Assembly: GCA_010909165.1 (NCBI GenBank)
Contig: VJWM01000304.1
Span: 42,273-106,272, forward strand
Direction of reading: 5' to 3'
DNA length: 64,000 nt
From: Anthoceros angustus
Lineage: Eukaryota > Plantae > Anthocerotophyta
The position numbers were made by a program, and so were the translations under genes. This document shows, piece by piece, positions 36,001 to 48,142 of this stretch (position 1 is the stretch's first letter; each line of letters opens with the position of its first letter). The notes under the pieces were generated by a model. The model did no database searches. It saw only the letters and a list, made by a program, of their open reading frames with translations, and was not told where the DNA came from.

Positions 36001-37219
36001 CCCCACCTACGCAGGCTAGGCAAAGAATCATGACGCGCTACTGATTTTAGGAGCGACATCATAGGCCGAGGCTTTTTGGGGTAGGGGATAGGATGTTTTG
36101 AGGACCCGTGAGTCGTAGTCGAATTGGTAGGAGCGCCGTGGTAGTGGGCCATATTTTCTAGACACCGGTAGGAGTGAGTCGTGGAAATCCACAATGAATG
36201 TATAAGAGACCCTTGAGAGTCTCTCCAATGCATACTGTGTGAACTTCCGTGTGTTGAAGCTATGCGCGAGGTTGATTGGAGACCGAAGATCAAACTCGTT
36301 CGATGCACCGCCTTCTCTACAAGAAGGCCGGAAGATCCTGGATGGTCGAGAGCGGAGTGGCCAAGCTCCACGCCTGGGTGACGGAAGGCGCTACAAAAAA
36401 GAGGTAGGAATTGCCGGAAGGCCGAGGCGAATCCGGAAGGCGGATCGCCCAAGCACTGACCGGGGTTTTCTTTCCTGATCCTCTTTCCCAACTGCTGCCA
36501 CCAGGTGTGTTTATTCCACGAGAGGGGTCTGTGTGGCCCAAGGAGGGGTCTGTGTGGCCCAAGGAGGGGTCTGTGTGGCCCAAGGAGGGGTCTGTGGCCC
36601 GTGAGGCGAAGGAGAGTGCATTAGGAAGAGAGGTTCCCGAAGGGGTAGATGAGTGCGCGCTGTGAGGGATTGTGAGAGTGTGTGAGGGAAAATCGGAAAT
36701 GCGTAAGAGGGTGGAAGCGTGCGGTGGGATCGCAGAAATTCCTAGAGGTAGAGTGAGGTGTATATAGGTGTCTGTATGCCCATAGCCCCCAAGGTCTGCG
36801 CCAGAGAAGCCGGTGACAAATAGACCCCGCGACAAAGGGCGCAGGTGGGACCCGCCACGTTGAACCCCACCGGTGGCCGAATCTACCACGGTGGGTTTGG
36901 GTAGGGTAGTGGAAGGTGGGGTAGTGAGCGAGGTAGGTCCAGAATCCATAGATTCAGAACACCTTGACACAAAACTATTCCCTTGGGATCGAATCCTAGG
37001 ACTATAACGACATAGAGGGTAAATGTGGCCTCTTTGCGTCTTCGGATGCAAAAACCCATTCCACACTTGTGCACGTGGATCTAACTTGCGCCGTTTCTCT
37101 TCAGGTATAAGGGCAAAGGCACGGGATCCAAAAACCCGTAAGTGCAGTAAGCTCGGTTTCCTGTTCCACATAGCTTCGAATGGTGTCTTCAATGAAACTT
37201 TTATTGAGCGGAAGCTAGT
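36000..37219 (-). pseudogene. Ty1/copia integrase C-terminus and linker with 21-bp tandem repeats
   Basis: KTPFEAMWNRKPSLLHLRVFGSRAFALIPEEKRRKLDPRA. Unit GAGGGGTCTGTGTGGCCCAAG, nearly 4 copies at 36522-36600. Confidence 0.85.
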
Positions 37220-37376
37220 TGAATTGCAAGAAGGAATAAAAGCAATTAATTAAAGTTGAATACAAAATTGTCTTAAGTACTTCATGTGAGCAGGTGTGAC
37301 TATTCACCACTAACCAATATATTAAAATAACTAAATAATAACTGGTAGGTTAATAAGAACCTTTCACATTTTAACA
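37220..37376 (-). repeat. Copia 3' LTR (about 157 bp) preceded by a polypurine tract
   Basis: Minus strand TTAAGTGGGAG followed by TGTTAAAATG...GCAATTCA; abuts the integrase fragment of another copia. Confidence 0.65.
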
Positions 37377-38848
37377 CTCCCACTTAACCTAAGCAGGTAG
37401 TTATTTATCCACCACTCCAGGTAAAAATAGGTAACTCCATGTAAATACGGATAATACCGGTCACGGTGAATCTCGGATCGAGTAATACGAAAACCGTTAT
37501 GTACCCATCACCATGCATGGATGATGGGGGTTGTTGGGCATTAAAGCCCATATCCCCTTTACCTCGTGAAAGCCGTATCCCGCGCAGGCTTCAAAACGCA
37601 CCAGCCATGGACCCGAAAAAACAGCGAACACGGGCGTCGGCCAGCGGCGGAGGTATCGCGAACAATGGAGGAGGGCGGCGCCGCGCGGATGAGCGTGGGA
37701 GGTCGCGCCCCAAGGGGCAATCTTGTAGGGCGCCATCAAGCGGATCGCCGGAGTGCGCCTGATGGCGGGCCGAAGACCCGGATCACGCATCATCCGCCCG
37801 GCTCCACACCTTGACGCCCGGAGATATCATGTCGGGCCCCTTGCAGCTGCCCCGACTCCCTGATCGATCGATGGAGAACGCAGTGCGCCTCCCACCACTC
37901 AATCTTGTGTCCTTGCTCCTTTGTTCCCTGTAACCAGCTTTCTGTCAAAGAACCATAAGGGATGCACCCTCAAATGGAGACATCCAAAAACATGAGATGC
38001 AGGCATCTGGGCATGAGAAATAGCCGTGCAGTTGTAAACCCAGTATTTCTGCTTCATATCCTGTTCTTGTTTTTCATTGAGGAGGTGCTTGCTGTTAACC
38101 ATAAAGTGTATATGATCTTGTAGTGACAGAAGATGTTCCTCACAAAGTCACGTGCCTTCAAGACTCAACACATCAGGCTCCAGACCATTCCAACTTTGAG
38201 TATGCTGCCCCCCATCCCAGTTTATCCTCCTAGGTCACCTCCAGATACATGGCCAATGGAAAAACTCCGTAGAGGTCCGATGCGTGTTGATCCTAACCGT
38301 CATCCAGATGTGAGATATGACCAGAGACACTTTGAGGAGGACAGAGAAAAGATCCAAGGAGTGATAAGAAGAAGGATAGCTCGCCTAGAGCAGGACATCC
38401 AAGACCTACACTCACTGGATGCGAGTGGGAAGAGTGGATAGTGCCCGAAGCGTCTTCAGAAGGTAAAAATAAACTGCAGTGATAATTGTCAGTTGAAAAA
38501 AATACTAACCCTTAGATCGATTACTTGTCAGTTCACGATTTTATTTAACCTGTATGCTTCATCCACTGTACTGACCTGTAATGTGCAGGCAAAATAACAG
38601 AAAAGTAAAGAAACTTTTATCGACCATGGATGCCTTGAAACATGTAAGCATCTGGTGGCGAAAACTAGCAAGCTAAGGAGTTAGCAGCTGGTAAAACTCC
38701 AAGCTGAAGAACTGAAATTTTGTCAAAGGCCACCCAAGGCCCAAGTAGTGGCATTAAATTAGAAATGAAACTCCCTAAGACCTAGAGACTCTAGGTGCTT
38801 AAAGTGCTTAATTTTAGGAAGAGCCTTAGTTAAAATATCGGTGTTATC

Positions 38849-40280
38849 TTATTTGATATACTTAACTTTTACTATTCCTCTCTCGGCAACATCCCGGATG
38901 TAGTGATGATAGAGCTCTATATGTTTAGTCCTAGCATGAAACCTAGGGTTAGCAACTAAAGCTATAGCACCCATATTATCACAGAACAGACTAGTAGGGT
39001 CAGATTGTGATTGATTTATAGAATCAAGAAATTGACGTTCCCACTCGGCCTCCTTGCAGGCATCCGTCAGAGCTTTGTACTCGGCTTCTGTAGAAGACAA
39101 AGCAAGAGAAGCTTGTTTCTTGCAACTCCAACTAACAGACCCAGAGGCCAGAAGGAAACAATAAGCAGAGAGACTCTTTCGTGTCATTGGGCTTGTCGGC
39201 ATCAAGAGGTCGATAAAAGTGACTTGCTCCCACTTGCTGAATATTGTAAACCAAAGGAAATAGTGCCCTTGATATAACGATAAATCGTTTAACGGCTCCG
39301 ATGTGCGTCCAGCTGCTTAAGCTGCGAAACCATACTAACACATGGGCGATGTCGGCGAGTCGATTGGCGGAAAATCAAGCATCCGGCGGCCTATAAGGAG
39401 CGATGCCATATCTTTAAGATCTGCTGCACTCTGAGGAGCTTGATCTATACTAAGCTTTTCCCCCACTGCAGAGGGAGTCGTAACAGGTCGGCCTCATCCA
39501 TATGAAAACGTTTAAGAATTTCTTTGATGTACTTAGTTTGATGAAGAATAATGTGGCCTGCAGCCCTGTGACGCAAAATCTGGATGCCAAGACAGAGCTG
39601 CAGATCCCCTTGATCAATCATTTCAAACTCAGCTCGAAGCATAGTCTTAACCTTCTCGAGTTGGGAAGTACTATTACTGAGAAGAACGCAATCATCCACA
39701 TAAAGTGCGAGAACAACAAAAGACCACCACAGGAAAGGTAAAACACATTGTGTCCGGAGATTGTAGAAAACCGAGCTTCTTCAAGTACTTCACAATCCGC
39801 TTGTACCATGCTCTTGGACTTTGTTTCAAGCCGTAAATAGTCTTTAGCAGCTTGCAAACTTTCCTAGCCCATTTTTGTTGATGAAGCCTTGGTTCTTTGC
39901 ATGTATAACACTTCTTCTAACTCCCCATGCGGGGCGTACATACGTCCATCTGTTGGACTTCAAGGTCATACTCGTGACCATGGCCAACATACGGACGGAA
40001 GGTGGCTTCTGGCGGTGAGAAGGTATCGCCATAATCAATACGGTATTTGACTAAACCCCCTCGCAACCAAGCGTGACTTGTATCTAGCCACTGTTCCATC
40101 CGATTTAAGCTTGGTCTTGAAGACCCACTTGCAGCTAATAGGTTTCCTACCAGGTGGAAGATCAACAAGTTCCCAAGTGTTATTCTTCATAAGGGAATTG
40201 TACTCATCATCAATTGAAATCCGCCAATGGTGTCCATCTGGTCCATGAATAGCTTCCTCATAGGACTGCGGATCCGGCCT
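38849..40280 (-). pseudogene. Ty1/copia RT-RNase H (second element)
   Basis: PQSYEEAI..KNNTWELVDLPPGRKPISCKW, YKSRLVARGFSQ, RKSLSAYCFLLASGSVSWSCKKQASLALSSTEAEY, CDNMGAIALVANPRFHARTKHIELYHHYIRD. Confidence 0.93.
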
Positions 40281-41399
40281 TACATCAGGTACATGTAGGC
40301 TAGAAACATGAGCACCAATACAGCATGCTAGGCCGCTTACCTACCGCGCAAACATACACGGTGGCTTCAAAATCTGATGCTGGGCGGCTTACCTACCAGC
40401 ATGGGTGGCGGCCTGCTAGCTGATGACCTACCGGTGAAGTGGCTCCTACCACGGTGGGAAAGGGTGAAGGCAATTAAGCCAAGGAAGTAGCTTGAGGTTC
40501 TTTGCCTGCAGTGTTGATAGGCTTGCAGAGGCAAAGGCACGATTATTGGGGACCACCACCAAGTTTGAGGAAGGCAAAGTAATTTGCCACATGTGTGGAA
40601 GAAGTGAGACATGGCGGTGCTCATATTGCTGAGATTTTGCGATGGGAGGACTGCTAGGTAGAGATGTGTGGCAAGGGTTGCTGCGGGAAGATGGGCCAAG
40701 TGCGTAATGGTGGAATTGTCACGGGATCTGCGGGGCTCTAGGTTGGGAGCTCGGCATGCGAGAGAGGGCGACAATTGGTGCAAGGATGGGGCGAGGAGCT
40801 CATGTTGAGGTGAGCAGCCACAAGGGTTGCAAGAGGAGGCCATGGCGGTCGAGGCACATGGAAGTGCTCTCAATGGAGTCACGATGTGAGGATGGCCGTG
40901 TGTTGAACTAGGAAGGCCATGGTAGAGCACTCACGGCGGCTGAATTTGTAGCTGGGCTGCAAGATGGAGGTGTGGCCAAACCATAGGAAGGCGGTGTTGC
41001 GGTGGTGCAACATGGTGAAGGATCCTGGCAGGTGTGCATCATGGCGGCGGAATTTGCAGTGGGGCTGCAAGTCAAAGTGAAGGGAGGCCATTGTGGTGGG
41101 CGCGGGGAGAATTGGGCTGCAAGGAGGGTTGATACGAGATGGAGTTCACCGGGGAATAAATCCAGTTTATTCAGGTTTAGTGTTGTGCGGCCAATTTGGT
41201 GTGTTGGATAGTGAAGTGTAAGAACTCCAAAGTTAAGCGCCTTAGGGGTGGATCAGCATTGAGATGGGGTGCTTTTGTGTGTGGTGTTATATTTGCAGAA
41301 GTCACATGGGAACTAATTGGTAGAGTGTATGAGTGGTGCACCCTACGCGGAGGAGGTGTAGGGTGGTAGTGGACGTAGGGCATGGCACTCCCCTCATGG

Positions 41400-43135
41400 G
41401 AGGAGGTGCACCCTCAGCGGAGGCAGTGTAGGCGGAGGGTCCGGACGGTTAAGGTAGTATGAGTGTAGTCGTGGGGTAAGGATGACCCTACATAGGTAGG
41501 CGGGGACCCTACATAGGTAGGGCAGGGGTCCCTACATGTATGTATGTGGGTAGGATGGTGCGTGTCCATAAGTAGGGGACGGAGAGATCACGGGTGAGAG
41601 TGTCGGGGCCCTTGGGTGGGATGTGGGGTAGCATGGACTCTGACGGCGGTAACTAGGTAGGTAGATAGGTAGGTAGGTAGATAGGTAGGGTGAGAGTGTC
41701 TCCCTACCGTAGGGAGTGGTGAGGTCTCCCTATCGTAGGGAGTGGCGAGGTCTCCCTACGTGGGCAGCGGAAGTGGGGCGCGACTAGGAAGTTGTTAGTG
41801 TAGGGTGCTTTTAACCGGTAGGGCTGCTAAATAGAGGACGGTGGAAATGGTGCCACATGGCAAGGAATCGGACCTATGGGTTTCACCGTCACTACCAAAG
41901 GCCATGCAAGCGGGTGTGTGAGTGGCACCTAGGAAGCTGCGAGGAATCGCAGGAAGAGCTTGTGCATGCATGGAAGGAAAGCTAGGCAAGGACTTGGTGA
42001 GAAGCGGTGCCCATGTGTGTGCAAGGAGAAGGAGGTGTGCGTGCATAAGGAGTTGTGTGTGAAGGATTTGAAGCACAGGAGGTGTGCGTGCATAAGGAGT
42101 TGTGTGTGAAGGTTTGAAGCACAAGCGCAGAAGAGGCGTGAGCTGAATTTTGCGTGCCTAGGACCTTGCAAGTGAGGATTTGGGCGCATAAGGAGTTGTA
42201 TGTTGTGAGGGCATCAAGGGAGCTAGGTGGGGTGAGTGAAGAGGAAGTAAGTGGAAAGAGTGAAGTTGCTCTCTTGGTGGATTTTGTGTGGCAAGTGAAG
42301 AAAGCTTGCAATTGTGCGTGGCGAGGGAGCCGGGGAGAAGAGCCCAACACATCCGGCGGTATATGGAAGGCCGTAGAGGATGACTCGGAGGAGGAGGAAG
42401 GCATGGAGCAAGATCCGCTCACGGAGACCTTCTTGCGGTGGAGGCGTGGAGGCGGTAGGGCCATAAGAAGTTGACCCTACGTCCGTAGGGTGTGAGGGTG
42501 GCCCTACATCCGTAGGATCACCGAGGCGGTCTGACGACATCTAGGGGTAATTGAAGAGGTTGGTGGTAGCTTGGAGGCGTGGGCTCATTGCTTGGGGAGA
42601 CTTTTCTTTAGGAGGACGGGCATTAATGCTTGTCAACCCGTGAGTGTGTTGACTAGCTAGATAGGAATGTTGTGAGGGCATCAAGAGCTAGGTGGGATGT
42701 GGAGTGAAGAGGAAGTAAGTGGAAAAGGTGAAGTTGCTCTCTTGGTGGATTTTGTGTGGCAAGTGAAGAAATTGTGCGTAGGCGGGGAGCCGGGGAGAAG
42801 AGCCCAACACATCCAAGCGGTATATGGAAGGCCGTGAGGATGACTCGGAGGAGGAGGAAGGCATGGAGCAAGATCCGCTCACGGGAGACCTTCTTGCGGT
42901 GGAGGCGTGGAGGCGGTAGGGCCATAAGAAGTTGACCCTACGTCCGTAGGAGGTGTGAGGGTGGCCCTACATCCGTAGGATCACCGAGGCGTGCGGACAT
43001 CTAGGGGTAATTGAAGAGGTTGGTGGTAGCTTGGGCGTGGGCTCATTGCTTGGGGAGACTTTTCTTTAGGAGGACGGGCATTAATGCTTGTCAACCCGGT
43101 GTGTTGACTAGCTGGATAGGAATGTTGAGGAGCCA
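41400..43135. repeat. Low-complexity retroelement region with CCCTAC..GTAGGG motifs and a ~467-bp tandem duplication
   Basis: 42202-42668 is repeated at 42668-43128; many CCCTAC/GTAGG motifs at 41480-41780. Confidence 0.75.
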
Positions 43136-44819
43136 TTAAGGCTCACATAGGTAGAATTTGCTAGAATAGAATTTCACCCAAGATGCTTGGATGTCGAACT
43201 TAAAATCGTGAGGATACACTAAAATAAGGAGTGAGGCGGTGCGGAGGCGCGGAGAGGCTGTGTGAGGACCTCCCTACAAAAGGAGGAGCTTGTGAAGTAA
43301 AATTATCAGTCTTGCGCTCCCAAACTCATGAGTCCTTTGCTCCTTGTAGAGGAATTTCGTGCAGCAAGCTAGCAGTCTGGTAGAGAGGAGTTTGCGGTGG
43401 TCGGAGTGCTTGGCGGAGGCTCGCTCCTTGCGCCTCAGTTGCTCCCTTGTGAATGGTTCTTTGTGAAATTGCTTTGCTTTGGGTGTGTGGCGATGCCCAA
43501 GGAACTCTCGGCTTGAGGGTAGACTACGGAAAGACTCCACAGGAGGTTCTCATTGCAGTGCAAACTCATAGCAACTGCCCAAGGAAGAACTTGCTGGCTT
43601 GTGGCGGACCCAGGCGGTTGTCTGCCGTAAGGCGAGCTAGGGCGTGAGCTTGAAGTAAGGTTAGATTAGGAGGATGAGGAGTTGAGTTGAGGTGAGTGTT
43701 GAGGAGAATGTGGAGCTAAATGTTGAGTAGAGGAGTAGGTAGAGATTAGGAGTAAGAAGAAGGCCCAAGTCGAGCCTAAGGGAGGGTCCCAAATGCACAC
43801 CAAGGCGGAAGGCTGGGCTAAGGTCTCAAAATCACGGGGTGGAGAAGTCAGCTAGGGGGTCCCTTATGTGCGTGGGCGGTGGACCTACCGCCGTAGGGGC
43901 GGGACCTGACATGGGATGTCGTTGTAGGTCCGAGGCGGAGATCGGAGGCGGTCGGAGGTGTCGTGGGCTCTGCCGGTGTGGAGTTTGTGGGCGCGCCATG
44001 TTGTAGTTGGGCGCCGGGGCACAGGTTGGAGGCCTTGAACTAGGCGGTAACCTATGTTGCGCAGTGCGACCCTACGGTGGTAGGATGCGCCTCTGCGTTG
44101 GGATAGGTGTCTCCTCCCATGTAGGAATGAGGGTGTGTTGGCCCACAGTGCACTAGATCTCCTACAACTCTCCTACAAGTGGTAGGAGGGTAGGCCCTAC
44201 AATTGTTGTTGTTGGTTGTAGGTCTTGAGGCGGTGATTCGGAGGCGGTCCAGGGGAGTGGCCTTGCTCGAGTTGGTGGTTGAGGATGTGCCAATTGTGGG
44301 AAGGCGATGGGAAAGGAATAGTGGAAGATCACGGGGTGGTGAAGTCGCGTTGCAGCGTGGGGGTCCCTACGTGTAGCAGCTGCGACCCTCGCCATAGGGT
44401 GTGGACCTACAGTCGTAGGGTGTCGTTGTAGGTAGGCGTGGTGAATTCTGAGCAAAGGCGGTGTGTGTTGTAGAGGAGGCGTGAGAGGCGCCTTGCTTGT
44501 TTAGAAGGCCGAGGTAGTGTGTGGCTGCAGTGGCGGCGATTTCTCAAGATCCGGGTTCCACCAAGTCTCATGGGACGAAACCCAATGTACGAAACGACAG
44601 TGGGATAAGTGTGGCCGCTAGAGGGTGCATCTCGGAAGCCCCGGGATCTGCCCACCACAGCTACCTCAATTGAGGGTCCTCGGTAGGCTCGGTCACTGCC
44701 CGAAGAGCTTACCCCTGTACTACCTGAGGTGTACCCATCGGACTGAAGCGCGGACTCCCCTTCATAGGGTGCCTTGCTCCATGACACAAAAGCGACCTCA
44801 GCAGGCTCTAAACTACTCG

Positions 44820-47330
44820 ACTTAAACGTGATGCCGCTACGACCAAAATCAAAGACACAGGCAGTACCATACAACCAAGGCTTGCCTATCAAAACCTTGT
44901 AGCTTAGATCCGACACTGGCCTCATAACGATGTAGGTATGGATGTGAGACCTCCAATCACAGTTGGTATGTTTCTCAACACCCCCAAAGGTTTCCTCCTT
45001 GTCTGGTCGGCCATTCTCAAGAACACTCGGACCGGGTTGAACTTGGTGAATCCAAGCCGATGTCGCTGTTTCCTCATCATCAAGTTGACTCCCGAGCCCG
45101 AATCCAATGGCACATTAGGCACCAAGCAACCTGCAATTTCAATCTCAATTTCTGGTGCCCCCAAATCAACAAGTTCGACTACATTTACCTCCACCGGCCT
45201 CCTCCTTGTTCCCACAGGTTTAGGGATTCCCCTGATCGCTTCCTTCACAATTTTGCGGGATCTTAGACTTACCGCAAGCAACTGTCTTAGGCTGACCACG
45301 AATTCTCGGTCAAGTAATGCATTAGCGAAATTGGAGATCTTATCTGGCAATGTTTCCTCCCCGTTTTCAGTGCTGACGTTGGTCGGTTCCGACCTTATTA
45401 GTAAACTTCTCGAATCCATAGTCCCTCCTATCGGTTGGGACTCCATACCCGGCGGATCAACGACTTCAGGCTCCGCTACCTCCTTTTTCGTATGGTGGGT
45501 GAGCTCCTTAGCTCATCCTCCAAAGCATTTCCGCGACCTCTCGACTGATGTCGGGAGGGAAAGCCGTTCGCCCCTCCCCTTCTCTGGGTTCCTCCATTTC
45601 TCGACCCACCGCGGTAGGCTGCCTACCTACCGGCGTAGGGTGCCAACCTACCGTGGTAGGCTGGCTACTTACCCCGGTAGGGTGGTCTTGGATCTCCCTC
45701 TTTTCAGGCAATCTGCCTCCCCGCGTTTTCGGAGGCCACGGTGAGTCGTCCCTCACCTTCCTCCTCTTCCTTTCCTCCTGCTCGCGACGCTTCTCAGACT
45801 TTCGGCTCTTCTCCCGGCGTTCTGATCTGGTGGTAACCTTGGCCACCAGCAGCCCTTTGTCCGCACTCACCTCTTTAGAACGGGCGCCGTAGTCACGGTG
45901 ATTGTGGTCTCGGGATTGGTCTGCGTTCCCTCCGCCGTGGGCTCCGTGAATCTTACCCCTGGGCGTGTCGGTGCTACTCGCGCCACGCCCGAGCACCTCG
46001 GATCGCCCACCTTGTGCCCCAATTCCTTGCATACTTGGCAAAAGGGTACATAGCCCACTTGCTTCCGCACTTTTGGGCAGTCATTCGAGTAGTGACCCGG
46101 TGTTCCACAATTTTAACAGCAACCTTGCGGAATCGCCATCGGCCTCTGTGATGGGTCTGGCCTCCATGGCCCTGGCGAAGTAGGCCGCGATCCATACCTT
46201 GGAGTAACTGGTGGGGCAGGTTGGTAAGTCGTCCTCATCGAATGAGGTGGCCGACTCCCAGTAACTGCTTGCACCTGATAGACTTCATCCACATACCAGT
46301 AATCTCCAGGCATGACGGTCCCCACGTGATTCACAGCATGTCGTGGTGCTCGAATACATTCCCGGTTGGTGTGTCCCGTTTGATGGCAAATTGAGCAATA
46401 CACCAACTGTCTTGCAGGTGAAGGGGACCTCCGTGGAGCTTGGTTTTTCACCGCCTTGACCTTTATTCTGTCAGTCTTCTTGTCAAAGCCTCCACTTGCC
46501 CTACAATTCCTCCCCCTGCGGCGGACGTTTCCCCTTTTTCCATTCTTCGGATCGTCTTCCCTTTCTTCTCTTTCTCCAGCGCGCGTTCATCTTCTGCCTC
46601 TTCTTGACCTTCTCCAGGTCCTTCCTCATGCGTCGTTCGTAGGCTTTCTCGGATTCTTCATCCGACGTGGAGCTTTCCTGAGTTCCGCTTTCCTCGCTCT
46701 CTGAAGAGGATGAGGGCGATGAATTGGATGACGTAGAAGAAGAAGAGGAACTTGATTGCCTAGATCCTTTCCTCTTCTTATGGCTCCGTCTCTTCTTCCT
46801 TCGCCTCCCTAGCTCGGCAGACTCCCATTCTTCAGCCAGACGGATTGCTCCAGCCAACATCTTGGTCCCCCGTCTGCAGTGCACCTCCGTTTTTTGGGAT
46901 AATCCACTCACAAACCAATCCAATGCTTGCTCTTGTGAATACCCGGATGTGGGTGGATCCCCTTGTCTCTCAAGTGCGCACTTCGGAACTCGATCTAAGT
47001 AGCCATAGAACCTCTCCACATAATCAAACAAAGACTCCCTCTTCTTCCTATGGAGTGTTCTCAGTTTTACCAGGGTGTGGTGTGCGTAATTGAGTCCCTG
47101 AAAACGATTAAAAAAGGCGGCCTTGAGAGCTTCCCAATCTACTGGCATGACCGCGTTGTAAGTTCGACCATACCATTGCTGAGCATTCCCCCTCAGCAGT
47201 CCGGGAAAAATGCGCAAACTATCGGCGACCGTGTCCTCCAGATTGGCATGGGAGACATGCTCGAAAGTACGCACAAATGCCTCCGCGTCGTCGCCCTCTT
47301 CTTCTCGCCAAACTTGACATATCACTAATT
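44820..47330 (-). pseudogene. Ty3/gypsy gag (two zinc knuckles) and aspartic protease
   Basis: Gag FPGLLRGNAQQWY..WEALKAAFFNRF; YCSICHQTGHTNREC; FCQVCKELGHK; protease NVPLDSGSGVNLM..LRMADQ..VLIGKPWL. Truncated before RT. Confidence 0.9.
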
Positions 47331-48142
47331 ATGGGGTTGCAGCCTCCTCTCGCCGCACTCATGTTGTCCGGCCTGTCCGCCCCACACGTTTCTCCAACCC
47401 CTGGGTCTAAAATCGATCGATGCCCTTGGGTGCCGAAAATTGGGACCCCTTGAGGAGAAGCCACCTCCTCCGATGTCCGTCCTAGAATCGTGAGCTGGGC
47501 AGCGATGCGATCGAGACGTTCTGCAAGGTCCTCAGACCAAGCTTGGAACTCCCCACTACTTACTCCCTCCTCGTCACTATTAGTCTCGCTCGAAGTCGAG
47601 CTAGGTTCACCGTTTCGGAAGGTCCTGTGTTGAGAAGGCTCAGCGCCGATTATGAGGCTCAAACCGCGGTCAGAGAATGGCGCCTCCTCCTCGCCTTCCC
47701 CTCCGTACACCAATTCCTCTTCCACAACCTCCTTCCTCTCGCTGTCGGTGAATTCCACACTTTCTTCCCCTGACGCGCTTCCTTGCTGTTTATTGGATTC
47801 TCCCTTGTAAGCACGAGCAAAGGCAGCCTCCTCTTCGAGCGCCCGTAACCCGTCCTCCTCTTGTCGTGGTGGCGGCGGCGTTCTCCTCTCGATTGATTTC
47901 TCCTTGCAGCTCTCAGGTCCCTCGCAGTGACCGGTGGGGGTGACCTTCTGCGATCTTCTCCTTGTACCCTTCCCCTACCAGACATCTGCAAGTACCCTCA
48001 TGATCTTCAACACACAGTCGTTAAAGAACAATCAACCCACTTCTCTCAGCGGTTAGCCTTGTGACCGGCTCACACACTCACAACATTCAGAGGGCGTGGT
48101 ACTCCTTCTTCACAACGCACGGTCACCAGGATATAGAACCCC

